A DNA stretch of 32,000 bases from Ktedonobacterales bacterium. GTDB lineage: Bacteria > Chloroflexota > Ktedonobacteria > Ktedonobacterales > JADMIN01. Below are positions 1-8,157 of this stretch, piece by piece. A program made the translations under genes and the position numbers. The notes beneath the pieces were generated by a model. The model saw nothing but the letters and a program-made list of their open reading frames with translations, did not search any database and was not told where the DNA came from. How positions within the stretch are numbered: the first letter of the stretch is position 1; each line of letters begins with the position of its first letter. The DNA lies in the NCBI GenBank assembly GCA_030167145.1, contig CP126532.1, forward strand, positions 4,710,001-4,742,000. Direction: 5' to 3'.

Positions 1-1
1 G

Positions 2-100
2 AAGTACAACATGTGGGGACCAGTGCAGAAGTGCATCTCGAACTTCTTCACCGACAGCCACAAGACGACGTACTCAGACTGCCCGAACCCCTATGCTTGA
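2..100 (+). CDS. 3' end of an upstream gene (partial); possibly the solute-binding protein of the adjacent amino-acid ABC transporter
   Basis: Frame 2 is open from the window edge: KYNMWGPVQKCISNFFTDSHKTTYSDCPNPYA, then TGA at 98-100. A hairpin and two ABC permease genes follow. Function is guessed from context only; 32 aa is too short to assign a family. Confidence 0.35.
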   Translation, partial: KYNMWGPVQKCISNFFTDSHKTTYSDCPNPYA

Positions 101-108
101 TCGCGCGT

Positions 109-130
109 GACGCCCACTGGCGTCTCGTTT
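109..130 (+). terminator. Weak intrinsic terminator or attenuating hairpin after the partial upstream gene
   Basis: GACGCC (109-114), loop CACT, GGCGTC (119-124), followed by TCGTTT. The stem is short and the T-tract imperfect. Confidence 0.3.
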
Positions 131-174
131 CCCAGTCTGCCGCGGATGTGAGATAGCGGACGCGGCATGGCTCA

Positions 175-220
175 CGCGACACCGTCGCTGGCAGAGCGCG
201 CTCTCCACGGCGGTGTCGCG
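175..220. repeat. Nested palindromic element in the spacer upstream of the first permease gene
   Basis: Perfect 10-bp inverted repeat CGCGACACCG (175-184) / CGGTGTCGCG (211-220). It encloses a perfect 12-bp palindrome AGAGCGCGCTCT (193-204). Confidence 0.5.
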
Positions 221-265
221 CGGTACGGTGGCGGAAATTCCACACCGCGATACTGTGCATGACAA

Positions 266-1423
266 GTGAGGCGACACGTGAGGCGCATCCCCCCAAGTCT
301 GCGTTTCTTGCTGATGATCGTGCCCGTGATTCTGGTCTTTGGCATCTGCGGGACACTCACCCTTGGTGCGCTCGACAAATCCCAGACGGTCATCACGAAT
401 CCCGCGACGGCTAACGAGCCATTGATTGGCAACGCCTTTGGCTTTGCGATTCATTTTTTGCAAGAGACTGTGCGGGTGCTGACTGTCGGTGTAGACAATC
501 AGGGCACACCGTACCATAGTTTCCTGCTGTCTGGCCTGGGGCTGACCATCACCTTCTGCTTCCTCACTATGCCGCTGGCCCTGATATGTGGCCTCGTTCT
601 GGCGCTGATGTCGCGTTCACCGCTACGTATTCTCCGTGTGCCGGCACGCGCATATGTGGAATTCTTCCGCAATACGCCGTTCCTTGTGCAGATGCTGGCG
701 ATCTATTATGGACTTGCTGTCCTCCCACATGATTTCGTAGATCCTTTCACTGTCGGTCTGGCAGCACTTGTGTTGAACTATGCCGCCTACGAATGCGAGA
801 ACTTGCGTGCGGGCATCGCCGCGCTCGACAAAGGCCAGGGCGAAGCAGCGGCGACGCTAGGGCTGAGCGGTTGGCAGACGCTGCGGCTGATTATCATTCC
901 ACAGATGATTCCCGTCGTTCTCCCACCAGTTATCAACGACATGATCTATCTGTTCAAGGATTCTTCGATCTTAAGCCTGATCACTATTCAGGAATTGACC
1001 TTGCAGACGCAAAATCTGGCACGGCGCGTTCCCTCCAACTCCTGGCAATTCTATCTCATCGCCGCCGTCATCTACTTATTGCTCAGCTTGCCACTTGGTA
1101 AGCTCGCGCGCGTCGCCGAAACGCGTATCAAGTCGGCAGTCGCCGCTCCCAAGCGCGACCTGACCGTTGTTGCCCTTCAGATATTCGCCGCCATGATCTT
1201 TGTCGGCTGGGTCTGCGGCCTCCTCACGGCTCAAGACTTCCGGGGGAATGCCATCCGCGGGATCGGGCAGTTGTTCGCGGGTGTTGGATTGTTGCTGACC
1301 ATTGGGGTGGTCGTGATGGTCGTGTTGGGCGCGCTCGTCTATTTGCCATCTACCGCGTTCATACTATTGCGTGGCCGAGGCAAAACTGGCGACAGAAAAT
1401 CGCTCGTCGCGATTTCGAAGTAA
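266..1423 (+). CDS. Polar amino-acid ABC transporter permease (HisM/GlnP type) with N- and C-terminal membrane extensions
   Basis: ORF starts at GTG 266 (alternative in-frame ATG at 314). EAA-loop region EAAATLGLSGWQTLRLIIIPQMIPVVLPPVINDMIYLFKDSSILSLITIQELT is typical of His/Glu/Gln/Arg permeases. At 385 aa it is much longer than the usual ~220 aa. Confidence 0.85.
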   Translation: MRRHVRRIPPSLRFLLMIVPVILVFGICGTLTLGALDKSQTVITNPATANEPLIGNAFGFAIHFLQETVRVLTVGVDNQGTPYHSFLLSGLGLTITFCFLTMPLALICGLVLALMSRSPLRILRVPARAYVEFFRNTPFLVQMLAIYYGLAVLPHDFVDPFTVGLAALVLNYAAYECENLRAGIAALDKGQGEAAATLGLSGWQTLRLIIIPQMIPVVLPPVINDMIYLFKDSSILSLITIQELTLQTQNLARRVPSNSWQFYLIAAVIYLLLSLPLGKLARVAETRIKSAVAAPKRDLTVVALQIFAAMIFVGWVCGLLTAQDFRGNAIRGIGQLFAGVGLLLTIGVVVMVVLGALVYLPSTAFILLRGRGKTGDRKSLVAISK

Positions 1424-1440
1424 GTTGGAGGAACACCTAG

Positions 1441-2205
1441 ATGGACGTCATCTTCAACAATCTCTCGGGCGCCGCCCCGGCGTTGCTCGCTGGAACCATT
1501 ACCACCATTGTCGCTGCGTTGCTTGCGGGCATTCTCGCTATGCTCTTCGGCATTCCCGCAGGCTTCGGACGTCTCTCGCGTGTGCCGCTGATCCGTAGTA
1601 TCAGCACCTTCTATGTCGAAACCATCCGCGGCACACCGTTGCTGCTTCAGTTGTTCGTCTGGTTCTATGCTGTGAAGATCTTACTGCTGACGATCTTCAA
1701 CCTGAACGTAGATACCTTCGCCTACAGCCTCCTCACCGATATCAACTCGAACAGTATTTTTCCACGCGATACCGGTATCAGCCCCTATTTCTTCGCGATC
1801 TTCGGCCTGGGCTTCAACTATGGCGCCTATATTGCTGAAGTCATACGCGGTGGCATCGAGGCGGTAGAGCATGGACAGATCGAGGCGGCGCAGACGCTCG
1901 GCCTTGGCAGCTTCCAGATTGCCCGCCTGATCATCCTGCCGCAGGCGTTGCGCATCATGATTCCACCACTGACCAACAACTTCATCACCCTGGTGCAGGA
2001 TACTGCATTCCTCGAGGTGCTCGGCATCGCCGAACTTTCACTGGTGGCTTTGCAGAAGGCCCAAGCGGTGGGTTCCAATGTTACGCTCCGCTGGTCGTTC
2101 TACATCACTGATCTGCTGATCTACTTCGTGATTTGCTACAGCCTCGCGCTTATCTCACGGCATATGGAGCGGCGCGTCGCAGTTACGGTGAGCGGGGCGC
2201 ACTAG
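1441..2205 (+). CDS. Polar amino-acid ABC transporter permease (second subunit)
   Basis: GGAGG lies 9 nt upstream of the ATG. EAA-loop EAAQTLGLGSFQIARLIILPQALRIMIPPLTNNFITLVQDTAFLEVLGIAEL. Starts 17 bp after the previous permease gene. Confidence 0.9.
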   Translation: MDVIFNNLSGAAPALLAGTITTIVAALLAGILAMLFGIPAGFGRLSRVPLIRSISTFYVETIRGTPLLLQLFVWFYAVKILLLTIFNLNVDTFAYSLLTDINSNSIFPRDTGISPYFFAIFGLGFNYGAYIAEVIRGGIEAVEHGQIEAAQTLGLGSFQIARLIILPQALRIMIPPLTNNFITLVQDTAFLEVLGIAELSLVALQKAQAVGSNVTLRWSFYITDLLIYFVICYSLALISRHMERRVAVTVSGAH

Positions 2206-2213
2206 CCGCACAC

Positions 2214-2263
2214 GGTGAAGCCGCGCCCGGCCGGCAGCATTGGCGGCGGGGCGCGGCTTCACC
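2214..2263. terminator. Strong GC-rich hairpin between convergent genes (candidate bidirectional terminator)
   Basis: Perfect 15-bp inverted repeat GGTGAAGCCGCGCCC (2214-2228) / GGGCGCGGCTTCACC (2249-2263), extendable by GCCG/CGGC. It lies in the 69-bp gap between the permease stop (2205) and the DoxX stop (2275). No clear U-tract. Confidence 0.5.
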
Positions 2264-2274
2264 CGACACGAGGC

Positions 2275-2949
2275 TTACGAGGTGGCGGCGCCTTGCGGCA
2301 TGCGCGGTGTCGTTTCGGCATCCGCGTGGGTAGTGGGTGGTGTCTGCGTCAGCGAGCCGGTCCACGGCGTGCCGAGCAGCGGCAGCAGGTAGCGGTCAAC
2401 ACCGTAGTACCCCGCGACGCGCCACGCCAGCACCAGGAACAGCGCCAGGATACCCAGGATGGGGTTTGTGCTGACGGCGCCCGCCAGCAGATAGTTGAAG
2501 TTCATGAACAGGCCAAAGAACGCTGCGACGCCAGTGAGCGCGCCGACCAGCAGGCCAACGCCAACCAGGATCTCACCAAACGTGACGGCATAGGCCCAGA
2601 AGCCCGCATTGGGGAGCACAAAAGTTTGCAGGAAATTCGCATACCAGCCCTGCACATTTGGGTGCTGGCCAGTGGTCTGTTTCAGCGCGCCACCCACGAA
2701 GCCTTTGATGGCCGCGCCGGAGTTGGCGGTGAAAACCCAGGCATTGCCGGTGCTCTCACCGAACGAGCCAATGGCGATGGAATGCCCAGTCAGCTTTTCC
2801 CAGCCTGCGGTCAACCATTCATAGCCGACATACAGGCGGACAATAAGCCAAAACCAGGCCATACGAGTGTCGGCAAATAAGAACCTTGCGATAGGCGGTT
2901 CGGGAATCTGCGTCGCGGCCTGTGGCCGGATCGTTGATGTGAAGCGCAT
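2275..2949 (-). CDS. DoxX-family integral membrane protein
   Basis: GAGGAG lies 9 nt upstream of the ATG. N-terminal ARFLFADTRMAWFWLIVRLYVGYEWLTAGWEKL and four hydrophobic segments resemble DoxX/DoxD-like proteins. The plus-strand ORF 2215-2880 is its antisense shadow. Confidence 0.7.
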   Translation of the reverse strand: MRFTSTIRPQAATQIPEPPIARFLFADTRMAWFWLIVRLYVGYEWLTAGWEKLTGHSIAIGSFGESTGNAWVFTANSGAAIKGFVGGALKQTTGQHPNVQGWYANFLQTFVLPNAGFWAYAVTFGEILVGVGLLVGALTGVAAFFGLFMNFNYLLAGAVSTNPILGILALFLVLAWRVAGYYGVDRYLLPLLGTPWTGSLTQTPPTTHADAETTPRMPQGAATS

Positions 2950-3326
2950 GGAAATGTCTCCTCGTGGACGGGAATGCTGGCACCCATGCCTGCTGGCGGT
3001 TGGCCACGTTGTGTGTCATGCTTCTCTCCGTCCGACACCCCTAGGATAGAGCCTCCTTCTCACATGCGTCTCGCGGTCGGGCACACTCATCTCACAGACA
3101 CATCACGAGGGCGCCACTCGATGCATGGACGTGGTATGGGACATGCGGCGATGCCTGGCGTATGTCTGATGTGCGCGCGCTGTGAGATAAGGTTGGCGTG
3201 TTGTGACGTGTTCTTGATGCGGATTCGTGATGGTACGTAAGGAAGGCCGGAACATTCCGGCAAGTCGGGTAGTGTCCGGTATCGGGCTGGCAGTGGCCAC
3301 CGGCACGAAAGAAAGGCAGGAACCGA

Positions 3327-4250
3327 ATGTTTACACGGATAGTGGTTCCGCTGGACGGAACGCGCTTTGCTGAGGCCGCTCTGGCTCCAGCACGGGAACT
3401 AGCCCGCGCGTTCGGCTCGCGAATTCTCGTGGTGCGCGCCGCGCCGCCAATTGCGCCAATTAGCAGCGATATCGAGCGTGACCTGGAGCAGGTGGATGCG
3501 GCAGATGCGTATCTGCATGACATCGTCAGCCATCTGCGGGCAGCAAACTACAATGCGGATATGGCGCTCTATCTTGCGGAGCCAGGGATGAGCATCGCGG
3601 GCGCTGCCTTACTCGACAACGCGGATCTAATCGTCATGGCGGCCCACCTGCGCTGGAAGGACGGCGCAACCAGCCGTGCCAGCACCACTGAGGACGTGCT
3701 GGCGCGTGCGTCTGTCCCCCTGCTGGTGTGGCGCGTTGGCGCTGCCCAGGAGAGTGAGGGTGGCCCGGATGTGGAGGAGCGCCCGCCATATTTTTTGAAC
3801 AGCGCCGAGCCGATTGTGGTTGCGCTGGATGGCACACCCTTTGCCGAGCAAGCGTTACCAATGGCTGAGACGCTCGCGCGCACGTTCGGCACCTACCTCT
3901 TGCTGGTGCGCGCGATGCGGCGGGGCGCGGAAGTGACCGAAGGTGAGGTACGGCAATATCTGTTGCGGATCAAGCAGCAACTTGCGGAGCGTGGCATCCA
4001 GGCGACGACACTGACGCGCCCCGGTGATCCGCTTGGCGTGCTCGAAGCGGCCTGGCGCGAGTATGACGGCAGCATGATCGTGATGACAACCCACGGCTAC
4101 GCTGACACGCGGCGACGTGCCTTCGGCAGCCTGGCCACGCGCATGGTGACGGAGATCGAAGCGCCAGTGCTGATCGTGCGCGCGAGCGGCGCTTCGGCGA
4201 TGCCGACCGATCAGGCCAGCGCGTGGCCTGGTCCTGACATCCCCGTATAA
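3327..4250 (+). CDS. Universal stress protein, tandem UspA domains
   Basis: MFTRIVVPLDGTRFAEAALAPARELARAFGSRILVVRA opens the first Usp domain. A second repeat begins EPIVVALDGTPFAEQALPMAETLARTFGTYLLLVRA and ends with MIVMTTHGY...VTEIEAPVLIVR. Confidence 0.85.
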   Translation: MFTRIVVPLDGTRFAEAALAPARELARAFGSRILVVRAAPPIAPISSDIERDLEQVDAADAYLHDIVSHLRAANYNADMALYLAEPGMSIAGAALLDNADLIVMAAHLRWKDGATSRASTTEDVLARASVPLLVWRVGAAQESEGGPDVEERPPYFLNSAEPIVVALDGTPFAEQALPMAETLARTFGTYLLLVRAMRRGAEVTEGEVRQYLLRIKQQLAERGIQATTLTRPGDPLGVLEAAWREYDGSMIVMTTHGYADTRRRAFGSLATRMVTEIEAPVLIVRASGASAMPTDQASAWPGPDIPV

Positions 4251-4266
4251 AGGAGAGCGGGGGCAT

Positions 4267-5241
4267 ATGAGCGAGATCCAGCGGCTGGCGGTGCTCACTA
4301 GCGGCGGGGACGCGCCGGGGATGAATGCGGCAATCCGCGCGGTGGTGCGTGCCGCAGCGGCGTGTCAGGTGGAGACGGTTGGTGTACGCGATGGCTTTGC
4401 CGGCCTGCTCGCTGGCCGCTTCCAGCCGCTGGATGATCGCTCGGTGGGGGGTATCTTGCATCGTGGCGGCACGATTCTGGGAAGTACACGCTGCCCGGAC
4501 TTCCATACATTCGAGGCGCGGGAGCGAGCGCTGATAGCCCTGGGCGAGCAAGATGTCGGCGGGTTGGTGGTAATCGGCGGCGATGGCTCGCAGCGGGGCG
4601 CACTGGCGCTGCATCAGATGGGGCTGCCAGTGGTGGGGATAGCCTCGACGATAGATAACGACCTGGCGGAGACTGAAGCGACGATTGGCTTCGATACGGC
4701 GCTCAACACCGCCATGAGCGCGATTGACCGACTCAAAGATACGGCCACCTCGCACCATCGTGCATTCCTGGTGGAGGTTATGGGCCGAAATTCGGGATAT
4801 CTGGCGCTGCTGGCGGCGCTCGCGACCGGTGCGGAGTTTGCTGTCCTGCCAGAGCGAGAGATGCCGCTCGAAGCAGTAGCGGACGACATTCAGGCGAGTT
4901 ATGCTCGTGGCAAAGCGCACTATATCGCGGTAGTCGCCGAGGGCGCGAAGCCTTCGGCAAACACACTGGCAGCGTATCTGCGCCAGCATCCCTGTGCCTT
5001 CGACATCCGGCTGACCGTGTTGGGGCATGTGCAGCGTGGCGGCTCGCCCTCAGCGAACGATCGTCTGCTGGCCAGCCGGTTGGGTGCGGCGGCGGTGAGC
5101 GCGTTGCTTGCGGAGCGGGAGGGGGTGGTAGTGGGCTGGCGTGCGGGAGCAGTGGTTGAGATCGGGATGGATGCGGCGGTAGCGCCGTGCAATAAGGTGA
5201 CTCCAGAGTTGCTGGAGCTTGCGGACATGCTGGCACGCTAA
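4267..5241 (+). CDS. pfkA: ATP-dependent 6-phosphofructokinase
   Basis: AAAGGAG upstream of the start. Motifs LAVLTSGGDAPGMNAAIRAVVR, VVIGGDGS, ASTIDNDL, VEVMGRNSGYLA and GHVQRGG. Confidence 0.93.
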   Translation: MSEIQRLAVLTSGGDAPGMNAAIRAVVRAAAACQVETVGVRDGFAGLLAGRFQPLDDRSVGGILHRGGTILGSTRCPDFHTFEARERALIALGEQDVGGLVVIGGDGSQRGALALHQMGLPVVGIASTIDNDLAETEATIGFDTALNTAMSAIDRLKDTATSHHRAFLVEVMGRNSGYLALLAALATGAEFAVLPEREMPLEAVADDIQASYARGKAHYIAVVAEGAKPSANTLAAYLRQHPCAFDIRLTVLGHVQRGGSPSANDRLLASRLGAAAVSALLAEREGVVVGWRAGAVVEIGMDAAVAPCNKVTPELLELADMLAR

Positions 5242-5284
5242 GCAGTCGCGGGGAGGGGCAAGCCATGGCGCAGGTCATGGCGCA

Positions 5285-5314
5285 TTGCGAGGCAGCGTGG
5301 GGAATGCGTACAAT
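5285..5314 (+). promoter_or_regulatory. Sigma-70-type promoter placed for a leaderless holA transcript
   Basis: TTGCGA (5285-5290), 18-nt spacer, TACAAT (5309-5314), then 6 nt to the ATG at 5321. There is no Shine-Dalgarno sequence in between. Confidence 0.5.
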
Positions 5315-5320
5315 GCAGGC

Positions 5321-6397
5321 ATGTTTTTCCTGCTACATGGCCCCGATGAGTTTTCGGCGCGCGAAGAGCTGGCCCGGCTGCGCCAGACAGAGGATTTCGG
5401 CTACAGCCAGGACACGTTCGCGGGCGCGGACGGCCAACTCGACTCCATTCTGGCGACCTGTGATACGCTGCCCTTTCTGAGCGAGCGGCGGCTGGTCGTG
5501 GTCGAAGGGCTGCCCAAGCGAAAACGAGCCAGCAAGGCGGGGGAAGGCGGTGAAGCCGCCGAGGTTGGCGACTCGCCCGCGCCACCGGAAGCAATTGCCC
5601 CCGCGAAGATTGGCGGCAAAGGGAAAAAGGCGAAGGCCGCATCTGGAGCTGATCCGCGCGCCTTCGCGCAAGGATTGGCGGCGCACGTCTCGAAACTTCC
5701 AGAGAGTACTGTCCTGGTCGTGCTGGTGGATGAACTGCTCGAAGCCACGAATCCACTGGTGCAGGCGGCGCAGAAAAATGGCACGGCGCGGGCTTTCACG
5801 CCGCCGAAGGGCGCGCAGCTTGAGGATTGGCTGGCGAAGCGCGCATCTGTGAGCGGCGCACGTCTGATGCCACACGCGGCACGGCTGCTGGCCAGCGAGG
5901 TGGGCGACAACTTACGGCTGCTGGCCAGCGAGATCGAGAAGCTCAGCACCTACGTCGGTCAGGGCGGCACGATTCGCGTGGACGAGGTGCGGCTGCTCAG
6001 CCCGTCGTCACGGCAGGCGCGGGTATTCGATCTGACCGACGCACTGGCGCGGCGCGACCATTCGCGGGCGCTGGCGCTGCTGCATGAGCTATTGGCGGCG
6101 GGAGAGTCGCCGCTGGGGATTGTTGCTATGACGGCCTATCAGACGCGGACGCTGATGCAGGTGAAATCGCTTGCCGAGCGCGGGCTGCGTCCGCCGCAGA
6201 TCGCCCAGACTGCCGGTATGGCGCCATTCGTCGTGGATAAGACGTTGCCGCTGGCGCGACAATTCTCGTTTGCCCAGCTCGAAGCGGCACACCGCACACT
6301 GCTGGATGTAGATCGCGCGCTCAAGAGCAGCCGTATGACCCCGGAGATGGCGCTGGACCTGCTGGTTGTAGAGTTTGGCAAAGCGGTATCAGCCTGA
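5321..6397 (+). CDS. holA: DNA polymerase III delta subunit
   Basis: From ATG 5321: MFFLLHGPDEFSAREELARL..., a typical HolA N-terminus. C-terminal domain reads ALALLHELLAAGESPLGIVAMTAYQTRTLMQVK. The 5219 start in the ORF track would overlap pfkA and add 34 non-conserved-looking residues. Carries a ~47-aa K/G/A/E-rich insertion. Confidence 0.85.
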   Translation: MFFLLHGPDEFSAREELARLRQTEDFGYSQDTFAGADGQLDSILATCDTLPFLSERRLVVVEGLPKRKRASKAGEGGEAAEVGDSPAPPEAIAPAKIGGKGKKAKAASGADPRAFAQGLAAHVSKLPESTVLVVLVDELLEATNPLVQAAQKNGTARAFTPPKGAQLEDWLAKRASVSGARLMPHAARLLASEVGDNLRLLASEIEKLSTYVGQGGTIRVDEVRLLSPSSRQARVFDLTDALARRDHSRALALLHELLAAGESPLGIVAMTAYQTRTLMQVKSLAERGLRPPQIAQTAGMAPFVVDKTLPLARQFSFAQLEAAHRTLLDVDRALKSSRMTPEMALDLLVVEFGKAVSA

Positions 6398-6468
6398 CGC
6401 GCGGAGATAATACTGCTGATATTGCTAGTACCATCCGGCCAGGCTTGCGGCTGTAAGGAGGGTGCGCG

Positions 6469-6555
6469 ATGACAGCGGCGCAGGCATCTGATATGCTCAG
6501 GAGGAGCGCGGCGCAAGCGGAAAGGGCGAACGAGTGGCGCAAACGGATGAGATAA
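6469..6555 (+). CDS. Candidate 28-codon small ORF (MTAAQASDMLRRSAAQAERANEWRKRMR) overlapping the GT39 start
   Basis: Perfect SD AAGGAGG (6455-6461) lies 7 nt upstream of ATG 6469. TAA is at 6553-6555. There is no homology evidence, so it could be fortuitous. Confidence 0.25.
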   Translation: MTAAQASDMLRRSAAQAERANEWRKRMR

Positions 6556-8153
6556 GCAGGGGAATCACGAAGCAGAGAGCGGGCGTGCCGAATCCACTGC
6601 GCTGGCTGGCGAGCCTGCCGTGGGAGACGCGCGCGTTGTTGATTGTCTGTGGGCTTGGGTTGCTGTTGCGCCTGTGGCCCCTGGGCGGCGGTTCGCTTGA
6701 CTATGATGAGGGCGTCTACTGGCAATCGCTGCGGGCGCTGTCTGCGGGACACCCACTCTTCACCGACATTTTCAGTTCGCAGCCGCCGGGGTTCCTGCTC
6801 TGCATCTATCCGTTCTATCTGCTCTTCGGCCAATCTCTGGTTGCCGCGCGACTTGCAATCATGCTCTATTCGCTGGCTGGGTTGGTCGCGATGTATCTGC
6901 TAGGACGGGCGATTGGTGGTCGCTGGACGGGCATCGTCGCTTGCGCGCTGCTCGCGGTTGACCCGCTTTACCTGATCGAGTCACGTACACTCCAGGCCGA
7001 GGCTCCGTCGGTGGCATTTCAACTCGCCTGCGTGGCGCTGGCGGCGCTGGCTATGCGCCGGACGGGACGTGCGCGACATCTGCTGGCGCTGGCGAGTGGG
7101 GTTGCGCTGGGCCTGGGCGTGATGGTGAAGCTCTTCGATGTCGTGGCGGCGGTCCCGGCGCTGATGTACCTGCTGCTGCCTGTTGGCCTGGTCTGCTTGG
7201 ACGAGATGGGAAGATTGCGGCGACCAGCGCGACGGGACCTGGTGCATGGCGCGCGAGAGGCGTTGCCCGATGTGGCGCTGCTGGTGGTGGGGACAGTGGG
7301 GGCCATGCTGCTGGTGTTGTTGCCGTACCTGCCACACTGGGGAGCGGTCTACGATCAGGTTGTGGCGTTCCACCTTCGTGCGGGACATGCGTTTAACTAT
7401 GGATTGCTACACAACTTGCAGGAGATCGCGCGTGCGGGTGAGGAATATCCCGTCTTTATCGTGGCGGTGGTAGCGGTGGCGTTCGCAGTCTATCGGCGTG
7501 ACTGGCGCATTCTGCCGCCTGCGCTGTGGCTCCTCGTGTCGTTTATATTTCTCGTGCAACAACAGCCACTTCTCGACCATCACCGTGTGCTGCTCTCCGC
7601 GCCACTGGCGCTCACGGCGGCGGTTGGGCTGGCAATTGCCGCGTCGGTCTGGCCGAACAGTGCGCCTGCTGGCAAGCGGCGGTCACTGCCGCCAGATCAT
7701 CAGCGTCAGCGCCAAGGCGTGGCGATGTTGGCACTGACGGGGCTAACGCTCATCGCTGGGCTAGCATTTGGCTTGCATGACGCACGTATCTCGGCGCAGC
7801 CTCCCACCGAAGCGCAGATGCAGATGGTGGTCGCGTTGGAGCGCCTGACCGTGCCGGGCGCGGTGGTGGTCTGCGACGACCAGTACATCGCCGGGTTGGC
7901 GGATCGCAATGTGCCGCCAGAGTTGGTGGATACGTCGCTGGTGCGGATCAGGGCGGGGTATCTGACGGCGACGCAACTCGAAGCAGCCATTACGCGCTCG
8001 AATGCGCGGGCGATTCTCTTCGCCAGCGGGCGCTTTGAGTTGATTCCTGGCTTCAAGGAGTGGGTACAGGCGAACTTTCCGCAGCAAGTGAACGCAGGTG
8101 ACGGCCATATCCTCTATATGAAAGCGCCGACGCCAAGTAGTGCTCCGGTGTAG
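6534..8153 (+). CDS. GT39/ArnT/PMT_2-like membrane glycosyltransferase
   Basis: About 12 hydrophobic segments, with the first-loop motif LRLWPLGGGSLDYDEGVYWQSLRAL (DE-containing loop typical of GT-C family 39) and a C-terminal soluble domain. The start is uncertain (GTG 6534 or GTG 6585). Confidence 0.75.
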   Translation: MAQTDEISRGITKQRAGVPNPLRWLASLPWETRALLIVCGLGLLLRLWPLGGGSLDYDEGVYWQSLRALSAGHPLFTDIFSSQPPGFLLCIYPFYLLFGQSLVAARLAIMLYSLAGLVAMYLLGRAIGGRWTGIVACALLAVDPLYLIESRTLQAEAPSVAFQLACVALAALAMRRTGRARHLLALASGVALGLGVMVKLFDVVAAVPALMYLLLPVGLVCLDEMGRLRRPARRDLVHGAREALPDVALLVVGTVGAMLLVLLPYLPHWGAVYDQVVAFHLRAGHAFNYGLLHNLQEIARAGEEYPVFIVAVVAVAFAVYRRDWRILPPALWLLVSFIFLVQQQPLLDHHRVLLSAPLALTAAVGLAIAASVWPNSAPAGKRRSLPPDHQRQRQGVAMLALTGLTLIAGLAFGLHDARISAQPPTEAQMQMVVALERLTVPGAVVVCDDQYIAGLADRNVPPELVDTSLVRIRAGYLTATQLEAAITRSNARAILFASGRFELIPGFKEWVQANFPQQVNAGDGHILYMKAPTPSSAPV

Positions 8154-8157
8154 CCGC

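Noticed and set aside
3089-3188. 9-bp inverted repeat ATCTCACAG / CTGTGAGAT separated by 82 nt in the DoxX-usp intergenic region
   Set aside because: A 9-bp match at that distance in a 377-bp region is not far from chance expectation, and there is no supporting structure.
3970-5028. 352-aa minus-strand ORF
   Set aside because: Antisense to the usp and pfkA coding regions. It is Arg/Cys/Gln-rich nonsense-like sequence, a GC-driven open frame.
5219-5320. Longer holA start at 5219 as given in the ORF track
   Set aside because: It would overlap the end of pfkA and would contain the predicted promoter. It also adds 34 residues (MRTCWHAKQSRGGASHG...) that do not resemble HolA. The conserved N-terminus begins at ATG 5321.
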